Positions 28,901-40,069 of a DNA stretch of 64,000 nucleotides are shown in pieces. Each line of letters starts with the position of its first letter. Positions within the stretch are counted from its first letter, which is position 1. Under the pieces are notes generated by a model, which searched no databases, was not told the origin of the DNA, and saw only the letters and a program-made list of their open reading frames with translations. Source of the DNA: Blastocystis sp. Blastoise (Eukaryota; Protista; Bigyra: Opalinata); the NCBI GenBank assembly GCA_039096225.1, contig JBBPEB010000015.1:1-64000 (forward strand), given 5' to 3'. Both the position numbers and the translations under genes were made by a program.

Positions 28901-31900
28901 TGAAAAATTCTGGTGATGACGTATCAAAATATATTGCTTTAGCAGAAATAGAACTATTTGCAATTAATTTTAATTCAATTGTTACAAATCCACCTTATTA
29001 TAATCCAAATATAATTAATGGATTCGTAGATACATATATATATTCTGTTTCTCATGGATCTAACTATCATAAATATAGTATTATCAATGGAACTCTTCCT
29101 AATGGTTTATATATTGATAGTAATAGTGGTACTATCTATGGTATACCTACTTCTGCATCAACATTAACTATGTACACTATTGAAGCTTATAACCTTCAAG
29201 AAGAAACTTCATTTACTACTCTGTCTTTGTCTATTTCATATTGTTCCTATCCTAATATATTATATTACATTAAAATTGACAATCCTGCAAGTAATGGTGG
29301 TTCCCAAATGAGTTTTCAATTATATGAAAGTATCACAAATACATTAATTGATAGTCAACGTTATTTTCCTGATTTTTCTATTATGTATTATAGATATTGT
29401 AGTCTTATTAGTACTTATAAATTAGTTTTATTTGATGATAAAAGAAATGGTTGGGGTTCAACTACTCTATCTGTTCATTATTCTTATAATACACAAATTA
29501 TAAGTACTTCTTTCAGTTCAGGTCTAACAAATACTGTATCGTTTACATTACAAATAAATCCTAATTTATCTATGATTTGGAATAATTTAGTTTATTTCAA
29601 TATTCCTGATCCTACTGATGCATCTTGGTCTACTATAGGTTATGATGCAACTGGTTGGTCTGCAGGACCTTATTCAGTATTATCAGCTACTGGTAGCATT
29701 ACTCAATATTATAGAGCTGTTTTTTCTATTTCAGATATCAACATACATAATTCTTTTGCTCTGACTATGTATATATATGGTGGTGCAGTTGTCTATATAA
29801 ATGGATTTGAACTGGATCGATATTATATGCCTTTTGGATTAATTACGCCTGAAACTTTATCTACTTCATATGAATCTACATTACTGACTTATTCAAAATG
29901 GTTTTATCTATATATAACAGAAAATCATTTGGTGACAGGATTTAATGTTCTAGCTATAGAAATGCATAAAAATCATATTGATGTTGTACACATATTAAAA
30001 GGTGCTTATTTAACATTTTCTTCAAATGATATAAACGAAATACAACATGGTTATAGTGATGGTGAGAATGATAATCCTAGTCCAGATGGGAAAATAACAA
30101 AAGTATATGATCAACTATTAAATACAAAATGGTTTTCTCCTAATAAATGTGTTGGTGCTTGGTTTTCATGGACTTATAATAATAATGTGAGAGAACCAGT
30201 TAATTCGTATAGTATTAGAAGTTCTAATGATTGTAATTCAAGGCATCCATCTGCTTGGAGACTTGAAGGTAGCAATGATAAAGGTGCAAATTGGGATCGT
30301 CTTCATACAGCTTCAAATGAAAAATTTACATATTATTTACAGAAAAAAGAATTCTCATTCATTCCTACTAAAGCATATAATCGTTATAGAATAACCTTTA
30401 CATCATGTAGTAATACTAATTTTCCTGGAGAAACTACTCAATGTGATACTGGAAATCTACAATTATCAGAGATTACACTAGATTATAAAAAAGCTAATTA
30501 TTTATGTTCTCCAATTGATGGTTATCCTCCATCAAATAGTGGTTCTTATGCATTTATACCGTGTAATGATGGTACAAGTAACAAGAAACACAGACGATGC
30601 TACAATAACAGATTTCTAGCTGAAGATGTTTCTTTCTGTCGAACTAAACCTCATTTAGATTATAATAGTGACTATTATTCTTTTTTTACAGGAACACCTA
30701 TTCCCCAAATAACTACATCAATTACTAACTTTACTAGTGTGTTTTGTACTTCTTCTCCATCTCTTCCTATTGGATTACACCTAGATTCTCTAACTTGTTA
30801 TATTTCAGGTACTCCATTAATTCCTCAGTCTTATAACAATTATATCATCAATGCAAAAGTCAATGATGGATTCATTTCTACGGAAATTAATCTTGCAATT
30901 TATAAATCTGAAATTGTCATTACTTCTGAAATCACTTTTCATGTTGAAGATAGTATATCCTTTATAATGAAATCTCCTTTAAATCTTGTTCCTGAAGTAA
31001 TTGGAGATCCTGTTTCATCATGGATGATTACTCCTTCTCTTCCATTAGGAGTCACAATAGATATTTTCTCAGGTATTATTTCTGGTATTCCTTTACAATA
31101 CATGTTTCCTACTCTCTTTATTATATCAGCAACGCCAATTGGTTTATCAATTCCAGTAACAACAAATCTTACTATGGAAATACTACCCTTGCAGTGTCCT
31201 TCTGATAATGTTTGGCCAGTTACAAATTCATCAACTACAGCTATTTCTTCTTGTAATAATCCTCAAAAAGAAGGTCAAATAACAAGATTATGTAATAATA
31301 TAGGTATTTGGGAAAATGAAGTTGAAGAATGTACATATATTATTCCTTCTATTATTTTTGATCCAAATATATATATTATTTATATAAATGAGCAAATTAA
31401 TATTATTCCTATTACTCAACAATATGTATCTTCATGGTCTATAACTCCTTCTCTTCCTGTTGGATTAACTATTAATAATAATGGTATAATTACAGGCATA
31501 TCCATAAATTATCAGAATTCTACAGAGTATATAATAGAAGCTACAAATCCTTCTGGATCAGGGCAAGCGATTCTATTCCTTACTATTTATTCTCATACTT
31601 GTCCTTCTGATGGTATTTGGCCTATTACAAATTCATCAACTACAGCTATTTCTTCATGTTATGATCCTCAAAAAGAAGGTCAAATAACAAGATTATGTAA
31701 TATTATGGGTATTTGGGAAAATGTAGTTGAAGAATGTACATATATTATTCCTTCTATTATTTTTGATCCAAATATATATATTATTTATATAAATGAGCAA
31801 ATAGCTATTACTCCTATTACACAACAATATGTATCTTCATGGTCTATAACTCCTTCTCTTCCTGTTGGATTAACTATTAATAATAATGGAATGATTTCTG

Positions 31901-33606
31901 GTAGTCCTATTTTGATTCAAAACAGTATTACATATACAATTATAGCTACAAATCCTTCTGGATCTGGACAGGCTACTCTATCTATTGCTATTTATTCTCA
32001 TACTTGTCCTTCTGATGGTATTTGGCCTATTACAAATTCATCAACTACTGTTACTTTTCCTTGTAATGATCCTCAAAAAGAAGGTCAAATAACAAGATTC
32101 TGTAATATTATGGGTATTTGGGAGAATAAAAATGAAGAATGTACATATATTATTCCTTCTATAGAAATTAATCCATCTTCTATTATTTTATATATTAATG
32201 AATCAGTAATTTTGTCTCCTATTACTCAACAATATGTATCTTCATGGTCTATAACTCCTTCTCTTCCTGTTGGATTAACTATTAATGCTATTATAGGTAT
32301 AATCACAGGTATACCAGCAATTATTCAAGCAAGTAGAAATTATACAATAATAGCTACAAATCCTTCTGGATCAGGACAAGCTTCACTTTCAATAACAATA
32401 AATTCTCATATTTGTCCTTCTGATGGTATTTGGCCTATTACAAATTCAGGATCAACTTCTACTTTTTCTTGTAGTGATCCATTAAAAGAAGGTCAAATAA
32501 TAAGAGAATGTACAGATATAGGTGTTTGGAATTCTGTTATAGATAGTTGTATTTATAAAGCTCCAATCATTGATATAGATCCTCTATATTATACTATTTT
32601 CAAAGAAGAACCAATAGAAATTCTTCCAATTGTTATTAATAAAGTAGATTCATGGACAATAGCACCTCTTCTTCCAGAAGGTTTAACAATGAGTCAAAGT
32701 AGCGGTATAATAACTGGTTCTCCATTAGTTTTACAATCAGCTACTCAATATATATTAACTGCATCCAATAGTGATACTTATTCTTCTATTATGATCTCTA
32801 TTTCTATTGTTTCTCGTACTTGTGATTATGAAAAAAAATGGCCAGTTACTGATGTAGGTACTACAGCTTATCTATTTTGTGAGAATAGTAATGTTTCAAC
32901 TCAATCTCGAGATTGTATTCATATAAATACTATTGGTCAATGGAAACCAATAGATACTACTACTTGTTATACACTATCTAAGGATGATAAACCCACTCAA
33001 GGTCAATCTTTTATTCAATTCTATTTAAGATTTTCAGGGATAGTATCTCAATTCTTTGATGCTCCTAAAGTACATTTTTTTCAAAAGAATCTTAATGATT
33101 ATTTAACTTCTTTGAATAATCCAAATAGTAAAGTATATATAGAATCAATTGATTCTTCTTCTTCTTCTTCTTTCTTAGAAGAAAATAGTATTGTAAAAAT
33201 ACGTATTGTTTGTGATGAGGCTAATAGTTTATTTATCAGAGATTCTTATATAAACTATATCAAAAATACATTATTATCTTCTCTTCAATCAATATCATCA
33301 GAATATAATAAAATTACTTCCATCACTTTATCTCCTAATGATATCACTCTCACCAATTATAGTATCTGGAATGATACAACATTTATCACAATAATATCTT
33401 CCGTTATTGCTATTATTCTTATAATCATTATTATTGTTATCGTTATTATGATCAAATCCAAAAAGACAACCAAAATTCAAAATACTAGTCAAGTAGACAA
33501 GAAAATTCGTATGCATTCAAATAGGAGAAATAGTACTGATACTCAAACAAAAGTTGATACGAAAGCAACAGTTGATACGAAAACAATTGAAGCTGCAAAA
33601 ATATAA
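25937..33606 (+). CDS. ~2465-aa type I membrane surface protein with galactose-binding/discoidin (F5/8-like), He_PIG putative-Ig and HormR-like Cys repeats
   Basis: Exons 25937-25973, 26013-26220, 26272-26381 and 26564-33606 join in frame. Signal peptide MRFLLFILCFMLGDA; motifs DPKEFTLSGSND..W..LD, SLPxGLxI..xGxIxG and CPSDGIWP.T...C...G...R.C...G.W....EEC; C-terminal TM and basic tail. Confidence 0.93.
31195..32970 (+). repeat. Intragenic tandem repeat: four ~405-bp HormR-like + He_PIG units plus a final diverged Cys module
   Basis: TGTCCTTCTGAT at 31195, 31600, 32005 and 32413 (periods 405/405/408), with long near-identical nucleotide stretches. Confidence 0.9.
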
Positions 33607-35481
33607 GTTTTAAATGTAACACTAGTAAATGATTTGTTTATGTTTTTATTTAGTTTAAACTATGATATACTTGTATTCTATTTATTTTTATATAATTGTT
33701 TATATAGTAAAATGTTTCACTTAATTATGTATACTATATCTATTGTTTTTTATTTTGAATAATAATATTAGAATTTTATATATGTCTTTAATTGTTATAG
33801 GATACATTTTATTCTCTATATAACTCATAAATAAAATTTAAAGCAAATAATTCATTTTTTTTTTAATAATTAACATAATCATCTTCTATAAACAAAATAA
33901 TTGAAGATATCTTATAATGATAAATGCTTCAGAATAATCACAGTTTTTTCTTACATATGTGAATATGTATTGAAAATAAAGTAAAGAAACAAAATGCATT
34001 CCAAAGAAAGGAATTCTCCATAAAAATCAAAACTAATGTACTGACCATCTCTTAAATGCATTATATAATAATTATTACTTCATAATTATAATCCATAAAT
34101 TCTTGACAACATTCTTTATAACATCATTATTAGAATAACCAGATTATAGTTGGATTTCTTAATTTCATTGTATCCATAAAGTAGCAGCAAATAGTTTACA
34201 TTCAATAACAGTCAAGAAACGAAGTATTATAAATCACTGTTATCTAAATAAATGAGTTTTTAAACAACTTATCATTCCAATTTATAGAAAAAGATCTATT
34301 CTTCACACCCATAAGCTAGAAATAGTGAGTTGAATACTAATCATACATCACAATGATTATTATATAGAAATAACAGATATTAAGTAAACAAGGTAGTCTC
34401 CAGAGATATCAGATCAAAGAAACGTAAAAGAATAAAATATTTATCACATATAGAAATTCATAAATAAAAAAAAAGAAAAAATGCTAAAATGTAATAAAAT
34501 CTAGCCATGTGTTTTGTCAATCTTCAACAATAAGAAATACAAGGTTTGTCATTTCCCTAAAAAGATAAAGATATTTCCACGGGAAATTGTCATCTTTATT
34601 CGTTAAAAGAAGAAAATAGTTCTGGAATAAAAGAAGTTTAGTAAAGAACGATAAATAGAGTAGGATAGGAGTATATGTAAAAAACTATAATAATAAATAA
34701 TATTGATAAAATAGATTAAATAATAGTAAATAATTTAAGTAGAATTATTGAATAGTTGATGGTAATAATCAGTTGAAGTCACTTATAAATACTTTTCTGG
34801 TCAAATATAATCTTTTATCTATGTATAAAAATCATTAATACTATTAAAAACATTGAAAAGGACATATTTCAAATTAGAACTTTCGAAGCCTTTCTTCTTT
34901 TGTTGATGCCTAGTGTCTAGGTTTTTGAACCCACTCAAGAAAAGAAAAAATAAGCCAATGAATAACCACAAAAATGGAGAAACTATTGTGTCATATGCAA
35001 AACGAATACTACTTTTATGATATATATACATAACTTTACATGAATTTGAATAACTTTTCGTATATAGAAGTCTTTTAGAGTAATTTCGATTTTATGGTAA
35101 AAAGTCCATAATTTTTAGCAAAGAATCATGGGAGTTCGTCACAACCATATGCATTATTAAAAAACAAAATAAAATAGTCAGATTTTGTTATTTCATTCTG
35201 CCTAAAAGTGCTCTACTTATAAGACAATCGATAAAAGCATTGTATGTTGATATGATCTATCTGAATCTATAAAAAAAATGATTTTTAGCAAACGATGATT
35301 ATGTTCATCTCTCTATTGATTATTTTGTTTAGGTATAATACTTGTATTTTGTGGGTATTTTGACTTTGGCTATTTGGTGGTACATCTTCTTTAACAAAAT
35401 TTCATTTCCAAAAATAACTATTCTTTTTTTCTCTTTAAACTTTTTATTCTCATTTTATTTGAAAGAATCATTTACTCAGAT

Positions 35482-36358
35482 ATGAATTTCAGTAGTAGTA
35501 TAACATCTAATGGTGGATTCGAAGGACCTGAGAAGGTTATTGAAATCAATCTAGCTCCCCATACTGGTCCTGAGAATGGGAAAGGATTACGTAACCTTTC
35601 TTTAGAAGATTGGTCTACAGTATTAGGTGCTGCTAAGTGCACTATTCTATGTAAAGAATCAAATGAATATTTCGATGCTTATATATTGTCTGAAAGTAGT
35701 TTATTTGTATATCCCTATAAATGCATTATAAAAACATGTGGAACTATAGCCCTTTTATTAGTTATTCCTATTCTAAGAAGATATGTGAGAGTATGTAAAT
35801 AGTTTTATATTTATTTATTATTTTATTTGTTTAATTTTTTTTTAATTTTACTTTATTTGTTTATTATTTTTTTTTTTTTTTTACGTTACGTTATTTGTTG
35901 TTATCTTTCATATATATATAGAAATTAAAATTAGAATTTGATTGGGTTTCTTATTCAAGAAAAAACTTTTTATATCCAGAAAAACAAGTTTATCCACATT
36001 TAAGTATGGATCAAGAAGTATGTTTATATTTATATGTTTATATATTTTTATTTATATGTTTTTATTCTTTTATATTTATATTCATATGTTTTTATTCTTT
36101 TATATTTATATTCATATATTTATATTACAATGATATCTATATATAGATTTTATTTTTGGATAAATATTTTAAAGATGTTGAAGCATTTGTTTTAGGTCCT
36201 CTTACTAGTGATCACTGGTGTTTCTATTCTGCTGACTATTCATCAAATTTCCCTAAATTGAAACAAGAATGTACTATTGATGTATATATATATTATTATA
36301 TTTATTATATTTATTATTATTATATTTATTATATTTATTATTATTATTATTATTATTA

Positions 36359-36421
<63 letters not shown>

Positions 36422-37530
36422 TTATTATATTTATTATTATTATTATATTTATTATTATTATTATTATTATATTTATTATATTTATTATATTTATTATATT
36501 TATTATGTTTATTATATTTATTATTATATTTATTATTATATTTATTATTATATTTATTATTATATTTATTATTATTATTATTACAGATAATGATGTACGA
36601 TATGGATTTATCTGTTGCTCAGTTATTCTTCCAAAAAGATGGTATTTCTGCAAGTGATGTTACTGTATATATATACATATAATAGTTCTATCAATAGGAT
36701 TCAAAATTTATCTATATATATATATATAATAGACTCGTAGTGGTATTCGTGATTTAATTCCTGACAGTATTATTCATGAACATATGTTCTCTCCTTGTGG
36801 TTATAGTATGAATGGATTAAAGAATGATACCTATTGGACTATTCATATTACACCTGAAAGTCAATGTTCTTATGTTAGTTTTGAAACTAATTTATTACTT
36901 GAGAATTACACAGATCTACTTATTCTTGTTCTTCAAACATTTAAACCAAGAGTATTTTTATTATTATTAATCAAATGATTATTATTGAATCATATTTTAT
37001 TCTATTATTATTATTAACTAAATTATTATTATTGAATCATATTTTATTCTATTATTGTTATTAACTAAATAATTATTATTGAATCATATTTTATTCTATT
37101 ATTATTATTAACTAAATTATTATTATTGAATCATATTTTATTCTATTATTATTATTAACTAAATTATTATTTTTGAATCATATTTTATTCTATTATTATT
37201 ATTATTAACTAAATAATTATTATTGAATCATATTTTATTATATTTCTAAAAATATATATCTAATTAAATATCTATTAATTTTGTATATAGAAATTTACTT
37301 TGACTTATTTTTGTGACAGTGCTATTTTAGATACAGTAAAACAGATTCCTGTTGATGTTCAATGCTATGATGTTGGTCCAAAAGGTGATTTTTATAAATA
37401 TATTCGTTTAAATAAAGGAGAAAATTTAATTCAAGCTGATTATAATTGTATCATGGGTAACTACGTTGAAAGTTCTGCTATTAAAGGTACTATTAGTCCT
37501 AGACTTCGTAATTATATTGAAACCGATTAA
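35482..37530 (+). CDS. AMD1: S-adenosylmethionine decarboxylase proenzyme (6 exons)
   Basis: FEGPEK, YILSE^SSLFVY autocleavage site, [22 protein letters not shown] and [16 protein letters not shown]. Five GT-AG introns keep the frame. Confidence 0.96.
36290..36584 (+). repeat. Intronic (TTA)n-type microsatellite in AdoMetDC intron 3
   Basis: Imperfect TAT/TTA array; the source of the poly-Y/poly-I ORFs in the track. Confidence 0.9.
36977..37240 (+). repeat. Intronic ~47-bp minisatellite (about 5.5 copies) in AdoMetDC intron 5
   Basis: GAATCATATTTT at 36987, 37034, 37081, 37128, 37175 and 37225. Confidence 0.85.
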
Positions 37531-38181
37531 TTCACTTTTTTATTTAATTATTTTTTTTATTAATCATTTTTTTTTTATAGATATATGTTTATGTATAATT
37601 TTAACTATATATATATAGTATACTCTTCTTTTTCTTATTGTAGTTATTTATCCAATAATTAAATATGATTTATTTTTAATTAATATTATACTCTTGATAT
37701 ATATGGATATTTGTATTTGTTTATTTACTTATTCTTGTTTTCTTTTGTTTTTATATTTTGATACATATTCATAGATATATATAATTTTTTTAACTTTTTC
37801 TTTTCTTGTTGTCTGATTTCAATTCTCTATCAACAATATGATTCTTTATTTATAGATATTATTACTTTGTTGTTATCCCTTCACTTTTCTTCGTATTATT
37901 TTAATAGTATATTTTTTTATAAACTCTTTTTTTGTTGTTGTTGTTGTTGTTTTCCTTGAATACATAAATACATGTATAATATTTCATGAATCATATTGTT
38001 AACTTTATTTGTTATCATCCTATTATAGTTTTGTTATACTTTCTTTTCGATAAACAAAATACTTATTTTAATAGTATCATTTAATACTTATATAAAACAA
38101 AACCATATTATAAAATAATACATAGTGAATTCTGATCAATCAGATTATTATTCCTAAAGTAAAAATACATTATACTTTATT

Positions 38182-38843
38182 TTACATAGTAGCAGTACTG
38201 ATAAGTTGGAATACAGCTATAAATATATTCAATGAATATAATATATTATTATTTATTCAGTAATTGATATTAATTATTAATTAAATAAATAATTATATAT
38301 AATTATAATTATAATTAATAATAAATTAATAAATAATAAATAATAAATTAATAAATAATAAATTAATAAATAATAAATAATAAATAATAAATTAATAAAT
38401 TAATAAAGAATAAATAATAAACAAAAATAAACAATAAAAAAAAATAAATGATAATAAATAATAATAAAAAAATAAATGATAATAAATAATAATAAAAAAA
38501 TAAACAATAACTAATATATAGCAGAGCCAATAATAACGAAGATAAAGAAAGCAATAGTCCAAGTACTAGCATGAATGCCGCTTTTATGTTCTTTCTTCTA
38601 TAAAAATATATAATAATAAAAATCACTTATTTTTTGAAATTTCTTTAAAACGAAGAAACACACAAAAATATAACATTCTAATACTATAAATATATATGTA
38701 TATATACTGTAGATAAAGCATGACGATTATGTTGAACCTTATCTTCATATTTCTTTTGCTTTAATCTTCTTTGAGCAGGAACAGGAGTATTTTTCTATAT
38801 TACATAATTAGCATTTTACAAGAATCGCAAAATATACAGCCAT
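38182..38843 (-). CDS. SERP1: Ribosome-associated membrane protein RAMP4/SERP1
   Basis: MA|KNTPVPAQRRLKQKKYEDKVQHNRHALST|KKEHKSGIHASTWTIAFFIFVIIGS|AVFQLISTATM* matches the RAMP4 W..A.FIFV..GSA.FQ motif. The last intron (38217-38521) would be CT-AG. Confidence 0.85.
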
Positions 38844-39111
38844 ATTTTATAAGGAACGAGAACTTTTAATAACAAAAACAAAAAACGATTTACAAAAAAA
38901 AATAAAAATTACATTAACGAAATTGTCATGTTCTGTAAGTCATCTCTACATTATTTTCTATAATTAAATAGAAAAACATCGAAAATTCTTCATGCTCCTA
39001 CCGACATTTCATAATGGAGAAAAAAGTCCGCTTTCCCCAAAGAACAAATGGTTCTTCTGTTTTTTCTTCATTGTCATTTTTCTTATTCTATTCCTACAAT
39101 ACTTACCAACT
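38844..39111. promoter_or_regulatory. Probable bidirectional promoter between SERP1 and the small Tim gene
   Basis: 268 bp between head-to-head start codons; locally higher GC. Confidence 0.55.
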
Positions 39112-39549
39112 ATGAGTTCTGAGTAATTTTATACATCTATTTGAACTATTCTTTATAGTAATATGAGTGATTTTGAACAAGCTGTTATGATGGAACAACG
39201 TCGTGCTATGATCATGGTATTTTCTTCTATTCTTACTTTTCTACATAGATTCTATAACTATCTTATGCATTAATTTTTTATTTATTATTATCGTTTAACT
39301 CATTCTTAGGCTGCTGTCCGTAGAGTTTCTTCTGTTTGTTTTGATAAGTGTATTAAGTCTCCTTCTTCTTCTCTCTCTTCTCGCGAAACTGATTGCATTG
39401 AAAAAACTGCTTTAAGATTCCTTGATTCTTCGTATGTTTGTAATTTTAGATTTTTTTTTCTCTAAATTTTTTATTATATACTTTCTATTTCTCATATATA
39501 CATTCTATATAGTAAATTTATCTCTGATAAATTATTCTCTCAACAATAA
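39112..39549 (+). CDS. Small Tim chaperone (Tim8/Tim13-like) of the mitochondrial intermembrane space, 4 exons
   Basis: MSSD|NMSDFEQAVMMEQRRAMIM|AAVRRVSSVCFDKCIKSPSSSLSSRETDCIEKTALRFLDSS|KFISDKLFSQQ*. The CFDKC...LSSRE..C...RFLD signature is present. Confidence 0.88.
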
Positions 39550-40069
39550 AGGAAAGATTAACAACAATTTTTATTTCAATTTGGGGATATTTTTTTTATT
39601 TAGAATTATTTTATCTTTATATACATGAAATAATTAGTATTTATTTTTTTTGAAAATACAATGTTTCTTATAAACACATTTATTGTTTGTTTTTCTAGTT
39701 ATTTTTTAATTTTAATTGATTTTTATTATTATTATTATTTTTTTCTAATAACTGACAAACAAAAATGTTGTATAAATGTATGAATATAATAGATTTTTTT
39801 TTTAACTAAAATAGAAAATAAGTACAATATCAAAAAAAAATTTAAAGAAATACCATGTAAGTATTTAAATGGAAAGATTTTACATAGAAATGAAAAGATA
39901 ATAAAGAGGAGAAATAATCTGATTATAAGAAATGATAAAAATATGTATTTTTTTATGTATTAAAATTTATTATATATATATATTGAATGAAGAATCAAAG
40001 AGAATAAGATAAAAACAAAATAATAATAATAGAAACTTTCCTTTATTAAAACAAATTAAAGAAATCTTA

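Noticed and set aside
36156-36657. Poly-Tyr/Ile/Asn ORFs here and at 47161, 56500, 63049 and 63554
   Set aside because: These are translations of intronic microsatellites.
35482-37530. Catalytically dead AdoMetDC paralog (prozyme-like)
   Set aside because: The ESS cleavage site, KTCG cysteine, PCGYS and HITPE residues are all intact.
39099-39110. ATACTTACC resembling the U1 snRNA 5' end (also TACTTACCT near 24809)
   Set aside because: No U1 stem-loops or Sm site follow; the first lies in the small Tim 5' leader.
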